64,000 bases of DNA. It comes from Rubripirellula sp. GTDB taxonomy: Bacteria; Planctomycetota; Planctomycetia; Pirellulales; Pirellulaceae. The notes beneath the pieces were generated by a model. It saw nothing but the letters and a program-made list of their open reading frames with translations, searched no databases and was not told where the DNA came from. Shown here piece after piece: positions 28,966-39,362 of the stretch; positions within the stretch are counted from its first letter, which is position 1; the number at the start of each line of letters is the position of its first letter. The position numbers and the translations under genes were made by a program. The stretch covers positions 5,152,001 to 5,216,000 of the forward strand of contig OZ244207.1 of NCBI GenBank assembly GCA_965216875.1, written 5' to 3'.

Positions 28966-29546
28966 CGCTGAACCTCCATCGTTGGCAAAGGGGACTCACT
29001 CTTTTCGGACGGAACGACATCACGATCGCGTAACTGTTCCATCAATTTGGTTCGGGCTCGGTGAACCCAAGTCTTTACTGTCCCGACCGGACATGCGAGC
29101 TCTTTCGCGATTTCGGCGTAATTCAACCCGCGCCGGTGAAACAACTCGAACGCTTGGCGCTGTTTTTCCGGCAACAGCTGCAGCGCCAACATCACTTCTT
29201 CCTCAAGTGAATCAGCCGCCATTTGCTCGGTCGTCCGTTGGGTCACCGGCTCGCTCACGCCGGTCAGCGACTGGTGGACGCGACGTCGGGCAAGGAAGGT
29301 TCGGCAACGATTTCCAGCAATCGCAATCAACCAAGGCTCGAGAGGCCGCTTGGGGTCCCAACGATCGAGGTACTTGGCCATTCGCGAAAACGTTTCTTGG
29401 GTCACGTCCTCGGCATCTTGTTGGTGCCCAAGAATCCGCATACATACGCGGAAGACGAGCTGCTGGTGACGACGCACCAACTTCGAAAAGGCACGTTCGT
29501 CGTTCTGACGAAACTGCTCGGCGAGGGCAGCGTTGGACTCATTCAT
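28962..29546 (-). CDS. ECF RNA polymerase sigma-70 factor
   Basis: DAEDVTQETF in region 2, WLIAIAGN, and YAEIAKEL..PVGTVKTWVHRAR in region 4. Confidence 0.94.
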   Translation of the reverse strand: MNESNAALAEQFRQNDERAFSKLVRRHQQLVFRVCMRILGHQQDAEDVTQETFSRMAKYLDRWDPKRPLEPWLIAIAGNRCRTFLARRRVHQSLTGVSEPVTQRTTEQMAADSLEEEVMLALQLLPEKQRQAFELFHRRGLNYAEIAKELACPVGTVKTWVHRARTKLMEQLRDRDVVPSEKSESPLPTMEVQR

Positions 29547-29728
29547 CAATCGCCCCCACGGGAAGGTGGCTGATGTGGAGAGCTGGAAACGCGCGAGCGG
29601 CCGAGCTCTCTGAGCCAGCTCGTGGTTTTCTCTGGGGCGTCATAGCGAGATCAGGCGAGATCACTCGCTTGCGCATCGGGCTCGTATTGCACATTGGATT
29701 GGTCAACAAAATGAAATGAACAATCGAA

Positions 29729-29756
29729 GATGCTGCCCGGCGTTTTAACCAGCATC
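29729..29756 (-). terminator. Possible intrinsic terminator after the FHA gene
   Basis: 7-bp stem GATGCTG/CAGCATC just after the stop codon; the T-tract is weak. Confidence 0.3.
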
Positions 29757-29764
29757 CGGTTTTG

Positions 29765-30481
29765 TTAGCGTCCGCTGAAGAAGCGTTTCAACGCATCGTC
29801 AGCAGCTTCGCGCGAATCCTCAGTCATTGATTGTTGGAAGTTTTTGGGAAGCTTTCCAGGCTCTTTTTTCTTCTTTCGTGCTTCTGCTGCTTCTTTTGAC
29901 GATGCGGTGGAATCGTCCACGGACAGTTCCGTGCTGTCGGTTCCGCTGTCTTCTCCGGTTCCTCGATCTTCGGCCCGCTCAGCTGCCGCAGCCTCATCGA
30001 GCCGGAATTGGCGGGTTTCTGGGTCGGACAGTTTGCGAACGCGATCGATCTGGTCCGCCTCGTCCAACCACGCACTCACGTCCACCGCTTCAAAACGGCT
30101 ATCGGTGGATCCAGCTTCTACCGTGCGAGCGGCGGCATCGCCCATGTCGGCGACTTCGGGTTTTTTGGTGCCTTGCAATCCATGCTCGATCACCATCTCA
30201 AACATCAGCTTACCGATACGCAACTGGTCGCCCGGACGCAGCACCTTCGCCTTATCGGAGGGAAGTCGCTTGTCATTGACGTAGGTACCGTTGCGACTCT
30301 TCAGATCCTGAATCAGCACTTTGTTGTCGCGAATCACAATGATGCAGTGCTTGCGACTGACCGATTCGCTCTTGGGTCGTAACTGACACGATTCACTGCG
30401 ACCAACCAGAAACTTATCGGCAGTGATCCCGATCTCTTTGCCTTCGTGAGTGCCAGTAAGGACCTTGAGCTTCACTTGCAT
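29765..30481 (-). CDS. FHA domain-containing protein
   Basis: FLVGRSESC, VSRKHC and DLKSRNGTYVN (intact pThr-binding residues); acidic low-complexity tail. Confidence 0.92.
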   Translation of the reverse strand: MQVKLKVLTGTHEGKEIGITADKFLVGRSESCQLRPKSESVSRKHCIIVIRDNKVLIQDLKSRNGTYVNDKRLPSDKAKVLRPGDQLRIGKLMFEMVIEHGLQGTKKPEVADMGDAAARTVEAGSTDSRFEAVDVSAWLDEADQIDRVRKLSDPETRQFRLDEAAAAERAEDRGTGEDSGTDSTELSVDDSTASSKEAAEARKKKKEPGKLPKNFQQSMTEDSREAADDALKRFFSGR

Positions 30482-30838
30482 AGATCACCTATCTTCCGAC
30501 CTACGAAAACAGGGGCAAGCGATCTTCGCTGGCGGCCCTGTCGTTGTTTGTTTTGAAAAGCCCGAATCATCGAAAAGTCCGCCGCTGCCTTGAGGCAGAG
30601 GCGGCAAACCGCAGCAACCTGCATCATCGCAGGCATCAATTCACCGCACCGCTTATCAGTTGCCGTCACGTGAGTTGATTCTTTCAGCTTACCGACCGGT
30701 CGAGATTTGGATTTGATGATTCTAAGCAGAATTGCAGCCGCGAGAATGCCGGTATCGCTCATTTAGCGACACTTCTTTAACCTTAGCGGCTGTTTTGGAG
30801 GTACAAACCACCCGCGGGAAGTATTAGGTGGAATGATT

Positions 30839-31594
30839 CTACCTTCGTCCCAGCCAATTCGGGTTGGCGAATCGCTCGCTGGAAATCTCCGCTGCCCGTG
30901 CCCTCTCAGAATCACTAATCACCCCAGAACGCCATCGCGAAACACCGATTTGGCCAGCGACCCGATCAGGCAAACGATCACAGATTTGCTCCAACGACAT
31001 CCCTCTGGCGGCCAGATTGTTGATCCCGGGAAGCTGCGGGGCAAACCGTGAGGCGGACAGCAACAAACTGCCATGCTGGAGCACCGCGTGTTTGGTACGG
31101 CGCTGAGCGCTGCCTAAGATTTTGTACCCCGATAGAACCAGGTCCTCGTCGGTGCGGCGCTGAAAACAGAGGAAGGGATCTGCCTGATCAGGTTGCTGCT
31201 CAAGAGCAAGCCAACGGTACGGGGTCGCAACGATACCGGCCTCGACAAGCGTTTCGATCACTGCGCCGTGCATGCGTCGATAAAGATCGTCGCGCCCAAA
31301 GCCTAAGTCCGCGATCGGCATCGCAATGCTGTAGGTCAACTCATGGTGATGCACGATCGCACCGCCGCCGGTCGCGCGTCGTACGCACTCCGCCAGCTGG
31401 CTTTCCTGATGATCGTTTCGCGAGTCAAGCTTTTGGAAGTAGCCGAGCGAAAGCGTTGGCTCGCTCCAACCGTAAAGTCGAAGCGTCATCGGGCCACCCG
31501 ATTCCACCGATTCCAACAACGCTTGATCGATCGCCATATTCAACGGCGCGTCGTTGCGTGCATAGGGAATCAGCCGGCCGCCAACTTCACTCAT
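30839..31594 (-). CDS. Lipoate-protein ligase A / LipM family protein
   Basis: NMAIDQALL, LRLYGW..PTLSLGYFQ, RRATGGGAIVH, KILGSAQRR and LQHGS motifs; last gene of the gcv operon. Confidence 0.9.
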   Translation of the reverse strand: MSEVGGRLIPYARNDAPLNMAIDQALLESVESGGPMTLRLYGWSEPTLSLGYFQKLDSRNDHQESQLAECVRRATGGGAIVHHHELTYSIAMPIADLGFGRDDLYRRMHGAVIETLVEAGIVATPYRWLALEQQPDQADPFLCFQRRTDEDLVLSGYKILGSAQRRTKHAVLQHGSLLLSASRFAPQLPGINNLAARGMSLEQICDRLPDRVAGQIGVSRWRSGVISDSERARAAEISSERFANPNWLGRR

Positions 31595-31597
31595 CAG

Positions 31598-33079
31598 TTA
31601 TCGATTCTCAGAATCCGAAGGTTCCCAGCGCAGCACTGGTTTGCGTGCCGCCGTCACATCGTCCGGGCGGCTAATACGAGTGGTGTGCGGTGCATCGTGA
31701 AGGAAGTCACCCGATTCTTCGGTGATTCGGAACATCGCTTCGGCAAACGCATCGAGTGTCTCTTTGCTCTCCGTTTCGGTCGGCTCCACCATAATCGCTT
31801 CTTCAACGACCAAAGGAAAATAGACCGTCGGTGCGTGGAAACCAAAATCAAGAATCCGCTTCGCAAAGTCCATCGCGGTAAGCTTGCCTTCCTTCTTCAA
31901 CTTCGCAGCGGAAGCAACGAATTCGTGCATGCAACGATCACCATGCGGAACATCCAAGATGTGCTTGATCTTGCTTAGCAAGTAGTTGGCGCCGAGCAGC
32001 GCGTCCTCGCTGACTTGCCGTAGACCGTCGCGTCCATAGGTGCGGATGTAAATGTAGGCTCGCACCAGGATGCCAACATTGCCAAAGAAGCTTCGCACAC
32101 GTCCGATCGACTGAGGCGACGGGCTGACCAACTTGTACTCATCACCCTCCTGCTTGACGATCGGCGACGGCAAGTACTTCCCTAGAAACTCGCGAACGCA
32201 GATTGGACCGGCTCCGGGTCCACCACCACCATGAGGACCTGAGAACGTTTTGTGGGGGTTGAAGTGCATCAGGTCGGCGCCAAAGTCGCCCGGCCGAGTG
32301 ACTCCGAGAATCGCATTCATGTTGGCACCATCGAGGTAGATGAGCGCACCAGCATCATGAACCAGTGCCGCAATCTCCTCAATCTGCGAATCAAACAACC
32401 CAAGCGTGTTCGGGTTGGTCAGCATGAACACCGCGGTGTTGTCATCAAGCTTCGCAGCCAAGTCTTCCATATCGACCAAGCCATCAGCATTGCTCTTGAC
32501 CGCCTTGGTCGAAAAACCAGCCATTTGCGCGCTGGCTGGATTCGTCCCGTGTGCGGAATCAGCGGTCAAGACGACCGTGCGATTCTCACCTCGTTCTTCA
32601 AAGTAGGCGGCCGCGACAAACAACGCCGTCAACTCACCATGAGCACCGGCGGCTGGCTGCAACGACACTGCTGGCAACCCGCTGATTTCGCCGAGCATTT
32701 CTTGCAGTTCATACATCATCTGCAACATGCCCTGGATCGACTCTTGCCGTTGAAGCGGATGGATGTCGACCATTCCCGGCATACTCGCCATGCGTTCGTT
32801 CCGCTTTGGGTTGTACTTCATCGTGCACGAACCGAGCGGGTAGAAGTGAGTGTCAACACTCATGTTCTGTGTGGACAGGTTGACGTAATGGCGAACCACA
32901 TCTCCTTCGGCAAGCTCCGGAAGCGGTGGCGGCTCGTCAGCCAAGTAGTCGGCAGGGATGTCGCAATCGATTGCTGCTTGACCACCAACGGTGGGCAAGT
33001 CAACCGCCGGCAAGCGATGAGCGCGCCGTCCGGGGCGACTCAATTCAAACAACAGTTGTGTGGCTTGTTGGTTTCTCAT
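31598..33079 (-). CDS. gcvPB: Glycine dehydrogenase (decarboxylating) subunit 2
   Basis: YPLGSCTMKYN, QPAAGAHGE, SAHGTNPASA and the PLP-lysine motif HFNPHKTFSGPHGGGGPG. Confidence 0.96.
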   Translation of the reverse strand: MRNQQATQLLFELSRPGRRAHRLPAVDLPTVGGQAAIDCDIPADYLADEPPPLPELAEGDVVRHYVNLSTQNMSVDTHFYPLGSCTMKYNPKRNERMASMPGMVDIHPLQRQESIQGMLQMMYELQEMLGEISGLPAVSLQPAAGAHGELTALFVAAAYFEERGENRTVVLTADSAHGTNPASAQMAGFSTKAVKSNADGLVDMEDLAAKLDDNTAVFMLTNPNTLGLFDSQIEEIAALVHDAGALIYLDGANMNAILGVTRPGDFGADLMHFNPHKTFSGPHGGGGPGAGPICVREFLGKYLPSPIVKQEGDEYKLVSPSPQSIGRVRSFFGNVGILVRAYIYIRTYGRDGLRQVSEDALLGANYLLSKIKHILDVPHGDRCMHEFVASAAKLKKEGKLTAMDFAKRILDFGFHAPTVYFPLVVEEAIMVEPTETESKETLDAFAEAMFRITEESGDFLHDAPHTTRISRPDDVTAARKPVLRWEPSDSENR

Positions 33080-33141
33080 TCGATCAAACTCGTAAGGGCT
33101 GTGGCGTGGCCGGGTGACTCAGCAAGGTATGACGAAAATAA

Positions 33142-34506
33142 CTAGACGGTGATGGTTGACGGCGAGTGCTCAAGCACAGAAATCAGCGTGTCGATGTCAG
33201 CTTGAGTTCGCTTTTCGGTCACCGCAACGACGAAACAATCACCGAGCTCCGAATCCATCCCGGCTAGCGGCACACCAGCAAGCACACCTTGGCTTTCAGC
33301 ATGTCGCAAAAGTCCCTCGACATCGCCGGCCATGTCGCGAACAACAAACTCTTTGAAGACCGGTCCCTCGTGCACCAGTTCAAAGCGATCAACCTGAGCA
33401 AAACGGCCGCGAGCGTATTGAGTCTTCGCTAGGCAATGCTCAGCAGTTTCCTTTAACCCCTGTGGCCCAAGCAGGCTCAAGTAGACCGTCGCCCGCAGCG
33501 CCAAGAGCGTTTGGTTGCTGCAGATATTGCTCGTCGCTTTTTCTCGGCGAATGTGTTGCTCACGCGTTTGCAGCGTCAAAACCCAACAGCGTTTGCCACG
33601 ACGGTCAACGGTTTGGCCCGCAATCCGCCCCGGCAATCGTCGCACGAGATCTTTGCTACATGCCATCACACCGAGGTAGGGCCCGCCGAAGGCAAGTGGG
33701 TTGCCAAGACATTGCCCCTCGGCGATCGCGATATCGACACCAAGATCACCGGGGCGTTTGATCAGTCCCAAACTGATCGGATCAAACGATTGAATCACCA
33801 GCGCGCCGACCGAATGCGCCTTTTCGACGATCGCCTTCACATCTTCAAGTCGACCGTAGAAGTTGGGATGTTGGATCAACACACAAGCTGTATCGTCGTC
33901 GATCGCATCAAGCACACTTTCGCTTGTGCCCGCTTCCGATGCCGGCGTGACGACCAATTCCGCGTCGATATTTTTTAAGTAGGCTTCGACGATTTCGCGG
34001 TATTCAGGATGAACCGCATTGCTGGTCACCACCCGGTTCTTTTTCTTGCTCGCCGCCAGCGCCATCAAGACCGCTTCGGTCGCCGCCGAACCACCGTCGT
34101 AAAGGCTGGCGTTACTGACATCCAATCCGGTCAACTGCGTGATCAACGTTTCGTACTCGAACATTGCCTGCAAGTTGCCTTGGCTCACTTCGGCCTGGTA
34201 GGGCGTGTACGAGGTGTAGTACTCACCTCGCGATGCAATCTCATCAACGACCGCCGGAATGAAGTGGTCGTAGGCACCACATCCCATGAAACAAAGATGA
34301 CTCGACGCCGACGCGTTCTTGCCAGCAAGTTGTCGCACGAATCGCTCGAGTGACAACTCATCCAATGCTTCGGGAAGGTCAAGTGGTCGGTCCATTTGGA
34401 CGGACTTGGGGACTTGGTCATCGATGATCTGTTGAACGGAGTCAACGCCGATCGACGCCAACATTTCTCGGCGATCTTCTTCGGTGTGGTACAGGTATCC
34501 GGCCAA
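33142..34506 (-). CDS. gcvPA: Glycine dehydrogenase (decarboxylating) subunit 1
   Basis: YTPYQAEVSQG, NASLYDG, FGGPYLG and TREQHIRREKATSNICSN motifs; TTG start. Confidence 0.95.
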   Translation of the reverse strand: MAGYLYHTEEDRREMLASIGVDSVQQIIDDQVPKSVQMDRPLDLPEALDELSLERFVRQLAGKNASASSHLCFMGCGAYDHFIPAVVDEIASRGEYYTSYTPYQAEVSQGNLQAMFEYETLITQLTGLDVSNASLYDGGSAATEAVLMALAASKKKNRVVTSNAVHPEYREIVEAYLKNIDAELVVTPASEAGTSESVLDAIDDDTACVLIQHPNFYGRLEDVKAIVEKAHSVGALVIQSFDPISLGLIKRPGDLGVDIAIAEGQCLGNPLAFGGPYLGVMACSKDLVRRLPGRIAGQTVDRRGKRCWVLTLQTREQHIRREKATSNICSNQTLLALRATVYLSLLGPQGLKETAEHCLAKTQYARGRFAQVDRFELVHEGPVFKEFVVRDMAGDVEGLLRHAESQGVLAGVPLAGMDSELGDCFVVAVTEKRTQADIDTLISVLEHSPSTITV

Positions 34507-34568
34507 TTCAGTCTGCTCGTTTGTAATGGAGTGGTGGTGGTTTCTGAAATTACCGATGCCGCAAACGC

Positions 34569-34970
34569 TTACCCTGCTTCAGCACATTGTTTTTCGTAAG
34601 CGGCGTGATCCAGCAGCGACGCGAGTGCTGATTCGTCAGTCAATTTGACTTTGATGATCCATCCGTAGTCATAGGGATCGTCATTCAATTGATCCAAGTT
34701 ATCGGGTAGCTCCTCATGGACTTCGACAACCGTGCCGGTGACCGGGCTGTAAAGCGGGCTGACCGCCTTGACCGATTCCACCTCGCCAAACTCCTCGCCA
34801 GCGGTCACTTCTTTGCCTGCTTCGGGCAAGTCCATGAAGACGAGGTCATTCAATTGCTCGATCGCAAACGCTGAAATTCCAACCGTGGCGATCTTGTCGC
34901 CACCAACTTCGGCGACCTCGACCCACTCGTGAGTTTCGGCATAGACCAATGCTGCGGGATCACGTGACAT
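34569..34970 (-). CDS. gcvH: Glycine cleavage system H protein
   Basis: HEW, lipoyl-lysine motif VESVKAVS, and NDDPY..GWI. Confidence 0.96.
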   Translation of the reverse strand: MSRDPAALVYAETHEWVEVAEVGGDKIATVGISAFAIEQLNDLVFMDLPEAGKEVTAGEEFGEVESVKAVSPLYSPVTGTVVEVHEELPDNLDQLNDDPYDYGWIIKVKLTDESALASLLDHAAYEKQCAEAG

Positions 34971-34984
34971 CTTCAAAGAATCCT

Positions 34985-36106
34985 TTACGACTTGGGCCGC
35001 TTATAGAACGGGATGGATGTGGGACTAGCTGCGGCCAATTTGCCGCGAATATCAATTTGGAAGGAAGGGTCGCCAGCATGCTTGGCGTCGACCAGCGCCA
35101 TCGCAATTGGATGCCCTAGGGTCGGCGAAGGACCGCCGCTGGTGACGACGCCAATCTCTCTTCCGTCGGCATCGAGCACGGGACATCCTTCGCGAGCTGG
35201 TCGTTTGCCTTCGGGGATCAATCCGATACGCGAGCGTGCGGGGCCCGTTTTTGCGATCTCTCGCAAGGCAACATCGCCAATGAAGGAACGATCTTCGAGG
35301 TTGCATGCGAAATTGAGACCGGCGGTGATCGGATCAATGGCCTCACTCAACTCGTGCCCATATAGCGGCATCCCCGCTTCCATCCGCAATGTGTCCCGAG
35401 CGCCGAGCCCGGCGGCATCAAAGCCTTCGTCGCGACCGGCAAGCAACACGTTCTCCCAAACACGTTTGGCCTCTTCGGCCCTGACAACCATTTCGAAACC
35501 ATCTTCGCCCGTGTAGCCCGTTCGGCTCACGATGACCGGTTTGGAAAACTGGTCTGTGATCGTCGCACGATAATATTTCAGTTTACTGGGGTCACACCGG
35601 AACAGACGTTTGCAGACGTCCATCGCCTTGGGACCTTGCACGGCAATCATCGCCGTCAGTTCCGTGCGGTCCGAGACCGTCACCGTTGGGAAATCGGCCA
35701 GATGCGGCGTGATCCACTTGAGGATCTTTTCACGATTGGACGCGTTGACAACCAACAAGTGAAAGCGGCCGCCCGAAGGTGTCTCGAGATTCGACACCAA
35801 GACATCGTCCAGCACGCCGCCTTCGGCGTTGCACATCAGTCCGTAGCGGACCCGGCCGATTGGCATGTCGACAACACGTCGAGTCAAGAGATGGTCGAGC
35901 AGTTGCTCGCTGCCAGCACCTTCGAACTTGAGACGCCCCATGTGTGAAACGTCAAACAGGGCTGCAGTAGACCGACATCTGTTGTGCTCATCGACAATCG
36001 ACGAGTACTGAATCGGCATTTCATAGCCCGCAAAGGGAACCATCTTCGCACCGGCAGAGCGGTGCCAATCGTCCAGCGGAGTTGTGGCTAGCTGCGTACT
36101 CGTCAT
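34985..36106 (-). CDS. gcvT: Glycine cleavage system aminomethyltransferase T
   Basis: FAGYEMPIQY, FDVSHMG, SRTGYTGEDGFE and GLGARDTLRMEAG motifs. ATG at 36106 chosen. Confidence 0.96.
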   Translation of the reverse strand: MTSTQLATTPLDDWHRSAGAKMVPFAGYEMPIQYSSIVDEHNRCRSTAALFDVSHMGRLKFEGAGSEQLLDHLLTRRVVDMPIGRVRYGLMCNAEGGVLDDVLVSNLETPSGGRFHLLVVNASNREKILKWITPHLADFPTVTVSDRTELTAMIAVQGPKAMDVCKRLFRCDPSKLKYYRATITDQFSKPVIVSRTGYTGEDGFEMVVRAEEAKRVWENVLLAGRDEGFDAAGLGARDTLRMEAGMPLYGHELSEAIDPITAGLNFACNLEDRSFIGDVALREIAKTGPARSRIGLIPEGKRPAREGCPVLDADGREIGVVTSGGPSPTLGHPIAMALVDAKHAGDPSFQIDIRGKLAAASPTSIPFYKRPKS

Positions 36107-36351
36107 GAGACCACTCGGGGATAGCGAGTGCCTACACAAGTCCAGCGCCGCCGAACGCATCTGCTACGCGAGATGGTCAGCGTCGTGGTGGTCGGCCGTG
36201 ATGTCAACGATCAGTGTGCACGCCGAGATCCATGTCTCGAGCGCGACGTCCCAAGTCTAGCCAACAAGGGTCCGCATCGAAAACCCCTCGCCGAGCCGGA
36301 AAGTCAAAGAGGTTCTGAAACGGCGGAATTCTCGACCTAATCGGAAATCAC

Positions 36352-36800
36352 GTGAGCCGTGCGTGCTCGCGTCGGGCCGACCAACCCCGATCGTCAATCA
36401 CGGATAACCCGTTACCGAGTTGATAGGCTAGCGCAACACCTCAACATCGTCCTGCAAAACACGTAGTGGACGAGGCAACGAGTCCCTCCCTCTCACGCTC
36501 TTTGATCGAAAAGACGGTTGGAGCGTTTGTTGAGCAGTCTCGGGTGGGTGAGTTAGCCACGAAAAACACGAGAAGGCACAAAAAGAAGAACAGCGGCGAA
36601 GGTGTCGAGTGCCCGAAGTGGCTCGCGGGATGGATTTCATCTCTCAGTAACGAATTCTCAGGCGTGCCTTTTTGTGGCCTTTCTCTTTGCCAAGCGGTCG
36701 CCAGGAGGTTGTCGCGCGGAGGGACTCGTGGCCTCGTCCACTACTTGGTTTGCGCTGTTGTAGGTGCTGGCAATGCTAACCCGTGAGGCCTCGGGCCCTC
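36352..36800. repeat. Nested REP cluster between rnr and gcvT
   Basis: GTGAGCCG arm 36352-36378. GTAGTGGACGAGGCAACGAGTCC (36463-36485) and its inverted partner (36722-36744) enclose GCCACGAAAAACACGAGAAGGCACAAAAAG (36556-36585) and GTGCCTTTTTGTGGC (36664-36678). CCGTGAGGCCTCGGGCC at 36781. Confidence 0.75.
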
Positions 36801-36858
36801 GCCAACGCGCAGCTAGGATGAAGGTCACTCGCGTCTTGCCGCTCACTACGGCAAAGGC

Positions 36859-39123
36859 TTACCGCCTCCGTCGTTTCTTTTTGTCCCGGCGGTCCTTTTG
36901 ACGCTTCGCCTTATAGATCGACTTCGGCTGCTTCGATTTCTTCTTTCCGCCACCGGCAGCTTTCTCGATTCGCGCCGTGTGATTTCGGATCACTTCGAGA
37001 TACAGTTGACGATCTTGCAAATCGACTTTCGAAACGCGAACGGTCAACATATCGCCAAGTCGAAAACGATTACCGTCCTTAAAGCCCGACAACACCTGCC
37101 CGCGGCGTTCGAACCGGTACTTGTCACTCGGCAAGGTTGTCACCGGAATGAAACCGTCAACGGGAAGCTTAACGCACCGAGCATGGATGCCATCGGCGAA
37201 CACGCGACTGATCACCGCCTCCATCGTTTCGCCAACATGCTTCTTCAAGAAGTGCAGCAACTTCAATTCGATCAAATCACGCTCGGCCTGAGCCGCATTG
37301 CGTTCCATGTCACTGCAGTGGTGCCCAAGCTTCAGCAGTGACGGATAAGGATCGTCAGGCGTCTTTTTGGCATCGATGATGTTTTGAATCAAACGATGGA
37401 CCGTCAGGTCGGGGTAGCGCCGGATCGGACTGGTGAAGTGGCAATAATGTTCCATGTCGAGGGCGTAGTGCCCTTCGCGCTGTGGCGAATAGATCGCCTT
37501 GTTCATGCTCTTGAGCACCGCGTAATTCACCGCATGCTCAAGCGGCGTTCCTACGACCTTGTCGAGAACGCCCTGGATTTCAAAGCGACTCTCGACTTGC
37601 CCGACATCGATCCCCAAGTCTTTGACAAACGTGCCAAGCTGTCGAAGCTTGCGACGATCCGGTGGTGGATGAACACGATGCAGGAAACCAAGTTCTAAAT
37701 CATCTAGCCATGTCGCGACCGCTTGATTTGCGGCCAACATGAACTCTTCGATGATCTGGTGACTTTCCGTGTGTTCAACTAAATGCGCCGCTTTGACTTT
37801 GCCACTCTTGTCAAAGTCCAGTTTGATATCGGGCAAATCCATCGACAGCGAACCGCCTTTGAATCGCTTCTTGCGAATCTTCATTGCCAGCTCGTGCATA
37901 CGCGTGAGTAGATCGCACGCTTGGTCACCCCACTTTTCTCGCAACAGTTCAGGCGAACTGAGAAACTGGTCAACTTGTTCGTAATTGAACCGCTTGTCAC
38001 TGCGGATTGCGGCGTTGTAGACCTCGACGTTCGTAATCGTCAGGTCATCAAGCATTTCGATTTCGCACGTTTTGACGAGTCGAACCTTTTCCGGCTGCAA
38101 ACTCGCCAAGTGATTGCTGATGATTTCGGGAATCATCGGGATGACGCGGTCAGGCAAATAGACGCTGGTTGCTCGGCGACGAGCCTCCTCGTCGAGCGGA
38201 CTCCCCGGTGTCACGAAATGGCTGACATCCGCGATGTGCACCCACAATCGCCACCGGCCTTCTTCGCGCTCGAGCGAAATTGCATCGTCAAAGTCGCGCG
38301 CGTCAAAGGGGTCGATCGTAATCGTCAAAAGGTCGGTCAAGTCGCGACGACCTTCGGGTACAGCCCCATCTTCAAACGCATCAGCTTGCTTGCGAGCGTC
38401 GTTCAAGACGTCATCTTTAAACGCGTCCGGCAACGCATACTGACGCATGATGGTCAGCGTATCGATGGCCGGGTTCTTACTGCTGCCCAGTCGCTCAAGG
38501 ATGACCGCTTCGCCGCCTTCCCCATCGTCGTCTGGATAGTCGACGACTTCGACAAACACCTTGTCGTCGTTTTCCAGGGGCAAACCGCGAATGTCACCAA
38601 CCGAAAGGGGCTGGTCGTAGGGTGTTCCATCCAGGAAGACGACCGGCGATCCGTTCATGGTGCGAAACGTGCCAGTGAACTGCCGCCGAGCACGTTCGAC
38701 AATCTCGGAAATGTAGCCTTCGTTTCCACCTTTGCGACTTGGCCGCACGCGGACTTCTACCAGGTCACCCTCAAGAGCGCCGCCGGTTGCCCCGGGCGGG
38801 ATGAACACGTCCTCCTTGACATCGGTATCGTCGGTGCCACTGTTGGGGCGAACAAAACCAAAACCGCCGCCCATCGCGCGGCGAAACGTGCCGCGTAGCA
38901 CGTCGCTGGGACCACCGATCGCGCCAGTGCTGATCACAAGGTGATTGCTTCCATAGAGCAACCGCCCCTCTTTGACCAATTGTTTGATCACGCGACGAAC
39001 TTCGCGATACTCGTCCGGATTAACCTTCAACTGAGCAGCGATCTGCTTCGGTTTGCAGGGACGGTAGTCGGGTGAGACGACCAATCGCATCACGCGATCG
39101 GCCAGTTGTTGTGAAATTTCCAT
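36859..39123 (-). CDS. rnr: Ribonuclease R
   Basis: N-terminal HTH, cold-shock GFGFV, catalytic TIDP.DARDFDDA, HFTSPIRRYPDL, S1 domain and basic tail. Confidence 0.95.
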   Translation of the reverse strand: MEISQQLADRVMRLVVSPDYRPCKPKQIAAQLKVNPDEYREVRRVIKQLVKEGRLLYGSNHLVISTGAIGGPSDVLRGTFRRAMGGGFGFVRPNSGTDDTDVKEDVFIPPGATGGALEGDLVEVRVRPSRKGGNEGYISEIVERARRQFTGTFRTMNGSPVVFLDGTPYDQPLSVGDIRGLPLENDDKVFVEVVDYPDDDGEGGEAVILERLGSSKNPAIDTLTIMRQYALPDAFKDDVLNDARKQADAFEDGAVPEGRRDLTDLLTITIDPFDARDFDDAISLEREEGRWRLWVHIADVSHFVTPGSPLDEEARRRATSVYLPDRVIPMIPEIISNHLASLQPEKVRLVKTCEIEMLDDLTITNVEVYNAAIRSDKRFNYEQVDQFLSSPELLREKWGDQACDLLTRMHELAMKIRKKRFKGGSLSMDLPDIKLDFDKSGKVKAAHLVEHTESHQIIEEFMLAANQAVATWLDDLELGFLHRVHPPPDRRKLRQLGTFVKDLGIDVGQVESRFEIQGVLDKVVGTPLEHAVNYAVLKSMNKAIYSPQREGHYALDMEHYCHFTSPIRRYPDLTVHRLIQNIIDAKKTPDDPYPSLLKLGHHCSDMERNAAQAERDLIELKLLHFLKKHVGETMEAVISRVFADGIHARCVKLPVDGFIPVTTLPSDKYRFERRGQVLSGFKDGNRFRLGDMLTVRVSKVDLQDRQLYLEVIRNHTARIEKAAGGGKKKSKQPKSIYKAKRQKDRRDKKKRRRR

Positions 39124-39362
39124 AGTTCAAGAAGATATCCGATTGGAATCGTTTTGGGACATGGCAAGAAAGCCAGCAAATTTGGTCCCAACGATTCAAA
39201 AAGTGACTCGCAGATCCGCGAAGTCGCTGCTATCCGATCGAGGATAGTCGAGAGAGAGCCGATCGGAACACGGCTCGAATGGATAAAATTGGCATCATCG
39301 ATGAGAATGAGATGCCATCGTTGCGAGTAGGACCCGGCAACCGCCAAACAGGTTCGCATCGA

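Noticed and set aside
31598..34506. Split glycine decarboxylase as a frameshift or pseudogene
   Set aside because: The gcvPA/gcvPB two-subunit form is a normal arrangement and both genes are intact.
36107..36858. Glycine riboswitch upstream of gcvT
   Set aside because: I could not find the GGAGA / CCGAAG / CTCTCAGG aptamer motifs on the minus strand; the region is mostly REP-like repeats. An Rfam scan would be decisive.
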